From contig JAHQVK010000175.1 in NCBI GenBank assembly GCA_019634385.1, positions 333 to 64,332 of the forward strand: a stretch of DNA of 64,000 nucleotides. Reading direction: 5' to 3'. This document shows positions 1-9,646 of the stretch, piece by piece; position 1 is the first letter of the stretch; each line of letters begins with the position of its first letter. The position numbers and the translations under genes are program-made. Source of the DNA: Myxococcales bacterium (GTDB lineage Bacteria; Myxococcota; Kuafuiibacteriia; Kuafuiibacteriales; Kuafuiibacteriaceae). The notes under the pieces were generated by a model. That model saw only the letters and a program-made list of their open reading frames with translations, did not search any database and was not told where the DNA came from.

Positions 1-63
1 AATACCCCGCTGAGCGCCCACTTGTTGATTCTAACAGAATCAATTCGAGTGGTCTTTGCTGTA
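1..63. mobile_element. MITE family C, partial (cut by window edge)
   Basis: TTGATTCT-AAC-AGAATCAA hairpin and terminal GGTCTTTGCTGTA, as in the full copies at 11552 and 20007. Confidence 0.8.
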
Positions 64-299
64 GTTTTACGCGAACAAGCTGAACCCAAAATAAGCTTTT
101 GTCCAGGCGGTGACAGAAAGCGCGGAGGCGCAATAGGAACTGCTCTCGAGGAGGTGTGGCTAAATTCTTACAGAGACATGCCCTAGTTTTTGCAGTACTT
201 GGAGGTCCTGTGACTTAGATTTTCTTATTCAGGGCTTCTCAGTTAGCTTCAGATGTCCAGCGGACTGAGAAGCCGTTTCCGATAGTTAGTTGACGAGTT

Positions 300-486
300 T
301 AGGGCGTGTCTTCAAACTCCGGCTGCGGAGATGACGCCGTATCCCGTGTTTGTGAGGGTTCGGCCCCGGAGGGAGGGTACTGGATGTACCGGACCGAGTG
401 TCCCGAAAGGGTGGCGAAGCCACCGAGCCCTCACGCATGTCGGAAACAAGTCAGAACGCGGTCCGGAGGTTGAAAACACGCCCTAG
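300..486 (+). mobile_element. MITE family A (~185 bp)
   Basis: Termini TAGGGCGTGTCTTCAA ... TTGAAAACACGCCCTAG; about 13 related copies in the window. Confidence 0.85.
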
Positions 487-596
487 TAAGACCTGACTGG
501 CAAGAAAGGTATGGCAGGGGGAGGGCTGACTGTCGACGGGGGTGGTTGTTCGATCCGGATAATTCTGTCCTAAGACTGGTGTGAAGTATAGTAAGT

Positions 597-1514
597 ATGG
601 CAAATTGGAAAGTGATGGTTATGTATGGTGCGCTGACCAAGAGCCTGAGACCCAATGAGTCCACCACCGAGCGAGTGCTAGATACGCAACCTGATCCCTC
701 TAGTAGCGAAATCGATGATGCTGAAAGTCAGTCTTCAGAAAATCAGAGACACTCTACTGATAAACATAAATTGCTACAGACGAAGGATTCGCCGCCGATA
801 CTCGGGTGGCCTCCCAAGGCTCCTCTCCCATCGGACCACTATCGTCGAAGTCTAGGGTCAAACTGGGTAGAAGTGAGCCAAGGAGCGCCAAATGGCCAAC
901 ATACCTCTGATGGATCAGAAGGTTCGGGGTTTGAAGATACAACGGCGCCGTCTATGGTGGGGTATCTTGGCCTGAGCCGAAGCAAACCACGTATCGTTGT
1001 TGGCAAGCAAGCAGAGGAGATGCACAGAGAGTCGTTATCTCCCCCGGAGAGGAAGACATTGGATATTGTTCCCTTTGATGTTCTGATTGGGGCAATCGTT
1101 GCTCTCGTAGTAGTGATGATGCAATGTGGCACTACTGCGATTAGCCAGTGGTGGTCCGATCGGCCGGTGCTGATAACATCTGACGGAGACGGGCGAACAG
1201 ATTTTCAGCGGGCAAGATGGCTATTCGGTCAACTAAGCTTGATTTCTGATACCCATAAAACATCAGGCAAAGAATGGGTTTTTTTGGAATTGTTTTCCGA
1301 GCTTTATGACTTGAGGAAGTCTACATTAGATTCTAAGATTGTATCTGTATATGACGAAGCAAAGGAATTACCTAAGTTGTTGGAAGTAAAAAAATTCTTA
1401 AAGAAAAATTTCTGGCCTGTATATGGTGAGGCTTTAGTAGAGATCATATCAGGAGACTTTGCGAGCACATCTACTAACTCAGTTAGTGATGAGTCACGAG
1501 TAGGATTTCAGTAA
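597..1514 (+). CDS. hypothetical protein with a disordered N-terminus and one TM segment
   Basis: 305-aa ORF; hydrophobic stretch VLIGAIVALVVVMM; start uncertain. Confidence 0.5.
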   Translation: MANWKVMVMYGALTKSLRPNESTTERVLDTQPDPSSSEIDDAESQSSENQRHSTDKHKLLQTKDSPPILGWPPKAPLPSDHYRRSLGSNWVEVSQGAPNGQHTSDGSEGSGFEDTTAPSMVGYLGLSRSKPRIVVGKQAEEMHRESLSPPERKTLDIVPFDVLIGAIVALVVVMMQCGTTAISQWWSDRPVLITSDGDGRTDFQRARWLFGQLSLISDTHKTSGKEWVFLELFSELYDLRKSTLDSKIVSVYDEAKELPKLLEVKKFLKKNFWPVYGEALVEIISGDFASTSTNSVSDESRVGFQ

Positions 1515-1537
1515 AACAGCCGTTTGGAGTCATTTGC

Positions 1538-2044
1538 ATGATTGAAGTGGCAGGTTTAATTCGTTCTCAGGCATGTTTTTGGTGGTCTTTGGTGCTTTTG
1601 GGGTTGGTCGGAAATTATGCATGTGCAAGTTCGTATGCCCCGGCTGTAACAATGAAGAAAAGACGATGTAAAATCTGTGGAAAGATTGTTGATAGTAGAG
1701 GTAGTCCGGTTAGAGATGTAACGGTAGTTCTTTTTAGCGGCTCATCCCCAGACGACGATGAGATTGTATCTGCTACAACTAATAAAGCCGGAGTCTATGA
1801 GTTTTATGATGACTACTCTGGAATGCCTATTTCAAGTGGAAAATATCTTATAAAGGTAGGAGGGGGGAAGCTTGGTGAGCAAAGGATTAGTATCAGTTTT
1901 GATGGGATATATTTGGCTTTGAAAAAACCTATCCGACTATATCGACCTAATGAGAATGTTGGCCGTTCAATGAACGAGCCACCCGAGGAGAGTGTAGATA
2001 AAGAGTCCACAAGGCCTAACACAGTACCTGTGTATGGAGACTAG
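1538..2044 (+). CDS. exported protein with a carboxypeptidase-regulatory-like (transthyretin-like) domain
   Basis: Hydrophobic N-terminus, then ICGKIVDSRGSPVRDVTVVL...TTNKAGVYEF...GKYLIKV pattern; the stop TAG lies in the CTAG of a MITE. Confidence 0.6.
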   Translation: MIEVAGLIRSQACFWWSLVLLGLVGNYACASSYAPAVTMKKRRCKICGKIVDSRGSPVRDVTVVLFSGSSPDDDEIVSATTNKAGVYEFYDDYSGMPISSGKYLIKVGGGKLGEQRISISFDGIYLALKKPIRLYRPNENVGRSMNEPPEESVDKESTRPNTVPVYGD

Positions 2045-2224
2045 GGCGTGCCTCTAAGTCCGGCTGGGAGATGACGCTGTATCCCGTGTTTGTGAGGATT
2101 CGGCCCGGAGGGAGGGTACTGATGTACCGGACTGAGTGGCCCAAAAGGAAGGCGAAGCCATCGGCGCCTCACACATGGGGGAAACAAGTCAGAACGCGGT
2201 CCGGAGGCTAAAGGCGCGCCCTAG
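2041..2224 (+). mobile_element. MITE family A
   Basis: CTAGGGCGTGCC ... GGCGCGCCCTAG, CTAG at both ends. Confidence 0.85.
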
Positions 2225-2518
2225 GGTATGTAGTCAGATTCGGACTAAGTCTATGGTTGGTTTTTAGTACCGAGTGCCTGGTGGCACACTATTACCTACC
2301 AAATAGGAGGGGTGCCTAAGGTCACCAGATTGTCGCCGAATGAGAAACGAGCAACGCCCACGTCTGAAGTTAGGATCCGCCAGAACTAGTATCACCAAGA
2401 TTCTAGCTCATGATACAGATGGTAACTACGCAGGACCAACAAGCACTTATTGTGTTCGAGCACTTATTGTGTGCCGCTCAGGTGTGTACTTGAGGTGTGT
2501 TTTAAGGGGTGATTATAA

Positions 2519-4474
2519 GTGACTGGCAGGCGGGTTTGTAGGCTCATTATTCTAAGTATGCTCATGTTGAATAATCTCGGATGTCGTGAAGTTCGCGAAC
2601 AAGATATTCGAGTAGTGGTAATTGGGCTGCAAAATCCCATAGATATACAAGTTTTTCTGAGTGGACAAAACGCGGGTAATGTAAGCCAACAAGGCACTTT
2701 GCATGCGACCTTACTGGCCGGGGATGGAGATGTTATTGAGGTTGGTGTCCGAGCCCCCCCCTCGCTCGCCGTTAAGACACCGCGTCCTCAACGTGTACGC
2801 TTCACCGCTGATAATCATCGACAGTCACTGCTGACCTTTGAGCTATTTATAGAGCAACCAACACGTACTTACGAGTACAGCATTATTCCACGAAATCATC
2901 TGGGTGGACACCTGCGGGTAAACGGGAAAATGGTAGGAGAATGGCAGGGGGTTGATGTTGTGAAGGGGCTCTTTAGTGCAGGAATTGGAGCGGATGTTGA
3001 GTTTCAAATATGTGAAAATGGTGGAGCTCCACGTTTGCCGTGCGACTATCTTCTTAGAAGTTATGTGGCCCCGCTCACGTGGGATTTGCAGAAAGGCCTT
3101 GATAGTTGTCCAGCCCGCGGTGAAGGCAAGTCGGATGAAAAAACAGTGCGGATAGTAGCTGGCGAAGTACATGATTTAGGCTCATTAGATTTGGAGAATA
3201 TGTCGGAGAACTATGATTGGGAGCAGTTAGAAGCTCGTCCGACCGGTAATCGATTAGTTGTGCATGGGGAGCTAAGCTCCTTGACTCGGTCGAGTCCCTT
3301 GCCCATACGTAAGTTGAAATCTCGAAATCTAATGATTCCGATTGAATCGCGTAGGAATTTTAGTTCTTTGGATGAAAAACATACCAAAGCTCAGCATGTG
3401 TCCGTGGAGCAGCCTCGCACTCGCCAAAGATTCAGCATAGACAGAGGGGACCTAGATGCTTCAGGACAACGAGTCACGGAAGGGCGTAGTAAGGTCGAAG
3501 GGGAGTTAAGAAAAAGAGTTCTGAAAAAGTCTCCAAGAAAAATTAGTTCAACGATAAGTACCAGTGCTAGCACCGCCGCCGCTTTGCCGTTGATGGATTG
3601 GGAGCAGCAAGTTGTTGCAAAGGAAGGCGGCTACCAGCAAAAAATGGAGCTGAAATCAGCTGGTGATGCGGCTCGTGAAGGTCTTAGGCCTTGGGAATCT
3701 TCGCCGGTGAAACTTAGTATATTGTGTGAGCCGGGTGGATTCAATTTGTGGATGGATGAGAGTCTGCTTATTGAAAACTGTTCTGGCCTAGCTGTTGTGT
3801 GGGTACAACCTGGGATTCACAAAATTTGGCTAAAAGCTAACGGGTGCCTCTCTCTTCGAAAACAATCCGTAGATGTACCAAAGAATGGGCTACCAGCCCC
3901 TGTTGCTCTGAAAGCAAATTGTGAAGACTGCCTAGTTTTGGCAAAAAAAAGATTGGAAGTAGGCCGTTTATCGGCTCGTCATCACCGTTGTTTACGCGAG
4001 ATTCGAAAATATACCCGTCGATGGATAGAAGCACAACGACTTTTGAGTCGAGAGTTTCAACATCAAAACAATTTGAACACAGCTGCCCAAATGCTAGAAA
4101 GAGTTTTATCAACACGCAGAGGTAGGTTGAGCGGAGATGTTTACGCTCAATTGGCTGAAGTGTACTACGATCTTAAGAAATATGACAAAGCGATAGATGC
4201 TTATATGTCTGCATGGCGCTACCGTTTGACCCTGGAGGGAGATAAAAGTCGGAGGATGGCTGTCATGCTCAATCTACTACATATTAATGCCGGCGCTCGG
4301 GAAAAATTATACTACAAATCTCGAGAAAATGGAGTTGGTGATGCAGATGAGTATCAAGCAGCTCTAGGTAGTTACCAGCGCTTACTTTTGGCTGCCCGAC
4401 AAGCAAAGAGTAGACAGGTTCTTAATGAAGCGGAACAGGGATTAGCAAGACTTATACGGGATGGTGGTTCATGA
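2519..4474 (+). CDS. putative lipoprotein with a PEGA-like segment and C-terminal TPRs
   Basis: Lipobox-like NNLGC; TPR-like VYAQLAEVYYDLKKYDKAIDAY; ATGA overlap with the next gene. Confidence 0.65.
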   Translation: MTGRRVCRLIILSMLMLNNLGCREVREQDIRVVVIGLQNPIDIQVFLSGQNAGNVSQQGTLHATLLAGDGDVIEVGVRAPPSLAVKTPRPQRVRFTADNHRQSLLTFELFIEQPTRTYEYSIIPRNHLGGHLRVNGKMVGEWQGVDVVKGLFSAGIGADVEFQICENGGAPRLPCDYLLRSYVAPLTWDLQKGLDSCPARGEGKSDEKTVRIVAGEVHDLGSLDLENMSENYDWEQLEARPTGNRLVVHGELSSLTRSSPLPIRKLKSRNLMIPIESRRNFSSLDEKHTKAQHVSVEQPRTRQRFSIDRGDLDASGQRVTEGRSKVEGELRKRVLKKSPRKISSTISTSASTAAALPLMDWEQQVVAKEGGYQQKMELKSAGDAAREGLRPWESSPVKLSILCEPGGFNLWMDESLLIENCSGLAVVWVQPGIHKIWLKANGCLSLRKQSVDVPKNGLPAPVALKANCEDCLVLAKKRLEVGRLSARHHRCLREIRKYTRRWIEAQRLLSREFQHQNNLNTAAQMLERVLSTRRGRLSGDVYAQLAEVYYDLKKYDKAIDAYMSAWRYRLTLEGDKSRRMAVMLNLLHINAGAREKLYYKSRENGVGDADEYQAALGSYQRLLLAARQAKSRQVLNEAEQGLARLIRDGGS

Positions 4475-5781
4475 GCTCCGCTTATGTTCAATGGATGAAG
4501 AGAACACCTTTTATTATGGTCATCTTGTGGCTGGCTTCAAATTGTCAGGAATCGCTTCCAACCTTCTCTTCTGCGGAGGAGGCTTTGGTTCCTGAGTGGG
4601 TTCGGAACACGCTTGATCATCCAGAGAAGGCACAACTGATTTTTGATAACAACCCCGGATGGCGCTATTTTATTGAGGGAGATTACCTTCGGGCGCGACG
4701 CTATTTTCGGACGCGTGAGGAAGCGGCGAGTGAGGCGAGAGTTATGTTCAACCTCAGCCTTTTTTATCGAAATATGGCGGAGATTCAAGCAGACGCTCTG
4801 AAAAAATATTTTGTGGAGCGCGCCCGACTTCAGTTGGCACCTCATCGAGAGTTGGCTGTCCTTCGGCGTAGATTACAATCGTGGAGTCAAGAGAGGCGCT
4901 TTGAAATAGAGGCCAAGCCGCTCAGGATGCTCCATCCCAAAGTTTGGTCTCCTTGTTTGCGAGCTCGTGATTTAGCTAGCCAGGTGGGGTGTGGCTCTCC
5001 CAATGGGTTAGAGAGCAAATTGGAAGAGCTTCAACAGAAAATAGACGAACCGATTGTGCAACTTGAAATCCGGGATGGTGTTACTCAGTCTGTAACCGTC
5101 TTACGCTTTTTCGATCCGTTGGCAGCACTTGGATTGGCGGATGGGTATCTTCGACTCGCACTTCGGCGGATAAAACTAAGGGCTCCAAAGGCGCTTTATA
5201 ATCAAGTTTGCGCAACTCGCCCAAAAATTTGTCGGCCCTCGGAGCCTTTGGTCGATACATTGGAAGTTTCGGATCGGATTCGCCTTTGGGCTTTTTGGGT
5301 AGATCCCCCGAGCAGTACGCCGTCAAGCTTCTCAGATAAGTTCATCGAAGGCAAACAAGAGCAAATGTTTAGTTGGGCTCGGCGAGCCCAGCAGGCGGTC
5401 CGACGACGAGTTACTCGAAATATGGTCTCTGAGGAGCTAAGTGTAGATTGGAGGTTGGGATACCTAGCTAAAGTGTCTATCGAAAGGCGATGGGCGGAAG
5501 TCTTGGCTGAGCAGGGGAAGTGTGAAGAAGCTCTGTACGCGTATCAGATGACTCTTCAGGCGAAGCAAGAACAGAGTCTAAGTAGTATAAATACTCCGGT
5601 CGTTTGGTCCAGAATTGCTGCTTTGGCTCTCTGTGTTCAACATTATCCAACCGCTGTGATGGCACTTCATGCTCTGGAGAAGATGTATCCTATTGCAGCA
5701 TGTTCTCTGGAAATGGTGAAATTATGGAGGGTTTCACAGTTGATTGATATGTCTGATGGTTATCAGGGTCGAGGAAGTTAA
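4471..5781 (+). CDS. putative helical/TPR-like lipoprotein
   Basis: LWLASNC lipobox-like motif; helical repeats; coupled to the upstream ORF. Confidence 0.6.
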   Translation: MSSAYVQWMKRTPFIMVILWLASNCQESLPTFSSAEEALVPEWVRNTLDHPEKAQLIFDNNPGWRYFIEGDYLRARRYFRTREEAASEARVMFNLSLFYRNMAEIQADALKKYFVERARLQLAPHRELAVLRRRLQSWSQERRFEIEAKPLRMLHPKVWSPCLRARDLASQVGCGSPNGLESKLEELQQKIDEPIVQLEIRDGVTQSVTVLRFFDPLAALGLADGYLRLALRRIKLRAPKALYNQVCATRPKICRPSEPLVDTLEVSDRIRLWAFWVDPPSSTPSSFSDKFIEGKQEQMFSWARRAQQAVRRRVTRNMVSEELSVDWRLGYLAKVSIERRWAEVLAEQGKCEEALYAYQMTLQAKQEQSLSSINTPVVWSRIAALALCVQHYPTAVMALHALEKMYPIAACSLEMVKLWRVSQLIDMSDGYQGRGS

Positions 5782-5792
5782 CTGGTTGGTAT

Positions 5793-7325
5793 ATGAGATC
5801 GAATGGGCGTTTTTTATATATCGTTGTTGGATGTGTCTTAGTCTGTCGGGTGGGATATTCTCAGGAATTTCGGTATGCTGAGGATGTGGCTCCAAGTGTG
5901 ATTAATCCCATGTTCTCGAAAGAGATGGTGGAGATTCGGCTTAATGAGCTCATGTTTTCTGGGCTATTCAAGGATTCCATTTTTATGGAAGCTGAAGGAG
6001 ATCTAGCAGAGACATGGAAAGTTAGTTTAGATAAGCAAAGAGTTGAAATAACGCTTAGGGAAAAGACATGGCATGACGGTAAACCAGTAACCGCTTATGA
6101 TGTGGCTTTTACGGTTCAAGCATTGAAGAGAGCAAACAGAGGGGCTCGCGAGTTTCGTCGGGTAGCAGCAATCTCTAAGGTTGAGGTTCTGACACCCAAT
6201 AAATTGGTGATAGAGTTCCATCACAACGTGTCTCGTCCATTGAAGTTTTTGTATTTCAAGATTATCCCTAAACATATACTAGTGAAACTCGCTCAAGAGG
6301 GAGAGATTGAATCAATCAAAAATAGTCCAATAGGTTCAGGTCCATTCGCTTTGGATGACTTTGTAGCGAATGAAATTCGGCTGCGACGTGTAGTCAAATC
6401 TGCTGGTGATGACGAGCGTATATTGGAAATCAGAGCCTTGCTGGCGGTACCGAAGAGTACGCAGATAGAGATGTTGAAGTTTGGTTATTTAGAAGCGATC
6501 GTGCGAGTACCACCGGGCAGAATAGCTGAAGTCCGAGCTATTGACTCCTGTCGCCTATATTCATATGAAACTTCGACTTGGTGGTACATAGGTGTAAATC
6601 ATGCTAACCATCATCTGGCTATAAGAAATGTTAGAGAAGCTATAGTACATGCACTAGATAGAGAAAATATTCGGCAGGCTCGACTTGGCGGGGGAAAAAC
6701 TATATCTGGGCCTTTTGCGCCTTGGAGTCCGTTTTACGATAGCAAGGTCACTCCACGGGAGTTTTCTTTGTCGAGCACGGAGCGCTTGATGAAAAAAGCC
6801 GGCTATCACAAGAAAAATGGCGTCTTCAGAGATAGAAACAACAGAATGCTTAAGCTTCGCATGGTTTTGAATATGCAATGGAGCTTGGTTCTTCGCGATG
6901 TAGCCCTAAGCTTAGAGGCTGAGTTGAGGGCAGCGGGGTTCATTATTGAAGTACAATGGCTGGATACTGCGACCTGGTTTCAAGCCGTTGAACGAGATCA
7001 TATCTACGATATAACTCTGGGAATTTGGACTTTCGATGAGGGTTCGAATATTCGGCCCTTGTTTCACTCCAAGGGTGAGAAGAACTTCATTGGCTACCGA
7101 AACCAGCATATGGACAAGCTTTTTGAGCGAGTGCAAGAAGTTCGAGACCCCGATATATTAATTGCCATTAATCGAAAGCTACATCGAATTGCATACGACG
7201 ATTTACCCTATGTTTTCCTTTGGTCTACACCCACCTATTCAGCAATATCGACAAAAATTTATGATGTAGATATTCATCCATTCACTTTTTTTGGTTCGGT
7301 CACTGAGTGGCGATACCAAAAGTGA
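5793..7325 (+). CDS. ABC transporter substrate-binding protein, family 5 (peptide/nickel)
   Basis: GDLAETW, TLREKTWHDGKPVTAYDVAFT, PIGSGPF and VREAIVHALDR motifs. Confidence 0.9.
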   Translation: MRSNGRFLYIVVGCVLVCRVGYSQEFRYAEDVAPSVINPMFSKEMVEIRLNELMFSGLFKDSIFMEAEGDLAETWKVSLDKQRVEITLREKTWHDGKPVTAYDVAFTVQALKRANRGAREFRRVAAISKVEVLTPNKLVIEFHHNVSRPLKFLYFKIIPKHILVKLAQEGEIESIKNSPIGSGPFALDDFVANEIRLRRVVKSAGDDERILEIRALLAVPKSTQIEMLKFGYLEAIVRVPPGRIAEVRAIDSCRLYSYETSTWWYIGVNHANHHLAIRNVREAIVHALDRENIRQARLGGGKTISGPFAPWSPFYDSKVTPREFSLSSTERLMKKAGYHKKNGVFRDRNNRMLKLRMVLNMQWSLVLRDVALSLEAELRAAGFIIEVQWLDTATWFQAVERDHIYDITLGIWTFDEGSNIRPLFHSKGEKNFIGYRNQHMDKLFERVQEVRDPDILIAINRKLHRIAYDDLPYVFLWSTPTYSAISTKIYDVDIHPFTFFGSVTEWRYQK

Positions 7326-7466
7326 TCCAGTGGCTTTCGTATATATTACACTGTGATTTGACCGAATTCTATTAGGTTGAATCGATTCAAGATTATTTTG
7401 AATACTGGGAGCCGTGTTGTTGTCCGTTGCTCAGGTTTTTCCCGCGGCGAGGTCAACCAATTGCCG

Positions 7467-7634
7467 GCTCGTTGATTCGCCCCAGTAGTGATAGTTTAAG
7501 GCTGGCTTGTGGTGAGACGCTTTGACGAAGAGGCCCTGGGGGGTACGCAGCTGATACCATGCGAAGCCGCTCGGAGTTCTTTACGACACCGGCCGCCCGA
7601 AGCGGACTTGTTGGGCCAATCAACGAGCTACTAG
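7467..7634. mobile_element. MITE, family-D-related with a degenerate left end
   Basis: GCTCGTTGATT ... AATCAACGAGC inverted repeat followed by TACTAG. Confidence 0.5.
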
Positions 7635-7778
7635 CAGGCCATCGGAAAAGTGAGTTATGCGCTTCGCTCGTCCTTTTTCCGTGGAAGGTCTGGACCGGCT
7701 TCGCCCTCTTCATCCGGAGCGTTCCACGGAAAAGATACTTCGCGGATCACCCATCCCACTTTTCCGATGGCCTGCTAG
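7631..7778 (+). mobile_element. MITE family B
   Basis: Perfect 22-bp inverted termini CTAGCAGGCCATCGGAAAAGTG / CACTTTTCCGATGGCCTGCTAG. Confidence 0.9.
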
Positions 7779-7779
7779 G

Positions 7780-8016
7780 CTAGGGCGCGTCTTCCAACTC
7801 CGGCTGCGGAGCTGACGCGGTACAGCAAAGACCCCTTATTGATTCTTGCAGAATCAATAAGGGGTCGCGCAGCCGGGCATAGCCCGGCGTAGAATCAGGA
7901 ACTTGGGTTCAACCCAAGTGATTTCTGCTGTATCCCGCGTTTGTGAGGGTTCGTCCCCTCGGTCGGGTACATCCCGTACCTTCCCTCCGGGGCCGAAGTT
8001 GAAAGACACGCCCTAG
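7780..8016 (+). mobile_element. MITE family A containing a nested family C copy (7821-7932)
   Basis: A termini CTAGGGCGCGTC ... GACACGCCCTAG; C bounded by duplicated TA. Confidence 0.85.
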
Positions 8017-8796
8017 CGTGATTGTGCCTAGTGGTTGAATCTCCACAATCAGTGCGGTTTCGGTGCTTGGATGCTCTTTGTTGCTGTCAGTAGGCTTTGG
8101 TGCCGCTTGAGAGTGTGGGAAGGTGTGTACGATTGCTGACTTGGCTTAGTGTTGATTGGTAAAAGGATCGCGCACGGGGTTGTAGAGCGAGGAAAGGGGG
8201 CTGGAATGTGGTGCTAGGTCAGCGAGTTATGGCGATACACAAGTGTTTGCTAAATGTAGGAGCAAAGATGTTGTACGATGGAGCGCGAGTATACGCTCGG
8301 GGGTTGTCGCCATCTTTGGCTATCCAAAGCCGACTGAAGAACTGTCAGGAGAATTCTTGGCACCGCCTGACAGACCCTGTGTCTGCTGAGATGTTGGGTT
8401 TGAAGAGCTACGGGATGGAATCGGAAGTCGATACCTCTCACCAGGGAAGTCGAGTTCGTGGCGAATTAACGTGTGTCTGGATCCTGAAGAAAGTTTGGCT
8501 CCGTTGGTGGCGTTCAATAAGGAGAGGCCAGGTGTTCAGCTTGTGGTTCAAGTTACTTCTATTTGAGTTGATTTCTCTAGGGCGGAGTGACCAGAGCAGA
8601 CCACTATGAGCTGTATCTTATTCGTGGTGAGGGGAGGTCCTGAGTAGGTGTCTTTTGGTACGTAGGAGAGCCGCATAGACTCAGTAATATTTGGCGAGCT
8701 TGCTATGGGCTTGAGGTCGAAGAGCAAGCAGATGTTGACGGAGATCATGCTGAATTTTCGATGAGCATATCTTCCGCGAATAGGTGATAGAGGTAT

Positions 8797-9639
8797 ATGG
8801 TCATGAGGTTACGATACATTTCCGGATTATGGATAGTGTCTATGCTGACGTTTTTGCTGGTTGAGGGCGTTTCTATTGGCGCTGAGCTGGTTGGTGACGA
8901 TGGAGTTCAGTCTACACTGAACCAAGCGAAGTATTACCGGGACAACGGTCGTTTGGCCGAAGCTCGAAGTGAGCTCGATACATGGCTGCGGTGCCATGGT
9001 AACCAGGACAACTTCCACATTCTTGCCGCTCTAGCTCGGGTGCAGTTTGAACAATTAGACTTTGATAACGCCTCCATGACATGGATGAAATTGCAAGGCC
9101 TATCGGAGCCCGAAGAGGTGGCCCCTTGGGTGTCATTCTTTGCTGAAAAGTGGCCGAATCTCGTGGGAGGGCTTGAAATTAAGGGCGATGGTCGTCCGGT
9201 GCTGTTCACTCTCGAACGCGCCGGATTGGTCGCTGACGCGGAGCTCACTAAAGCTTTTCTAGAGCGGGAGAAGCGGGTTCTGAAGCGTCTTACCAATCGA
9301 GTGTTTTATTTGCCAGCTGGGAGGTATCGCATCGACTCCGCATATATTGATGTTGTTGCTGATAGCATTGCGGAGGTATCAGTTTCAGAGCTCAAAATGG
9401 GGCCGGAAGCTTACGAACGAGCGAGGGACTATCCAGATAGCTATTCGTTCGTTTCAGAAGTCCGGACTTGTACGTCATCGTCTATGTTTAGTGATTCGCC
9501 GAAGCCTACAAATTTCTTTAGAAAAACGTGGCCTTGGTGGGTTGGCGGGATTGTGGTGGTGGGAACAGCTGTTGGGATCGCCGCGATGATTTCACCTGAA
9601 GATAACTATGTCATTGATTTCCAAAGAGATGGGAGATGA
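8797..9639 (+). CDS. TPR-containing exported/membrane protein
   Basis: Signal-like N-terminus, TPR-like helices, C-terminal WPWWVGGIVVVGTAVGIAA anchor; GAGG RBS upstream. Confidence 0.65.
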   Translation: MVMRLRYISGLWIVSMLTFLLVEGVSIGAELVGDDGVQSTLNQAKYYRDNGRLAEARSELDTWLRCHGNQDNFHILAALARVQFEQLDFDNASMTWMKLQGLSEPEEVAPWVSFFAEKWPNLVGGLEIKGDGRPVLFTLERAGLVADAELTKAFLEREKRVLKRLTNRVFYLPAGRYRIDSAYIDVVADSIAEVSVSELKMGPEAYERARDYPDSYSFVSEVRTCTSSSMFSDSPKPTNFFRKTWPWWVGGIVVVGTAVGIAAMISPEDNYVIDFQRDGR

Positions 9640-9646
9640 GTAGAGA

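Noticed and set aside
7453..7783. Short ORFs over MITEs (also 431-667, 11018-11227, 11356-11688, 15823-16152, 18869-19090, 27692-27970, 30835-31353, 36920-37176, 45964-46472)
   Set aside because: They are translations of repeat DNA with shared pseudo-motifs such as QQKSLGLNP and DRVLTCF, and none resembles a transposase.
8208..8748. ORFs between the MITE cluster and the TPR gene
   Set aside because: No recognisable motifs or RBS, and several mutually overlapping short frames; coding status is not supported.
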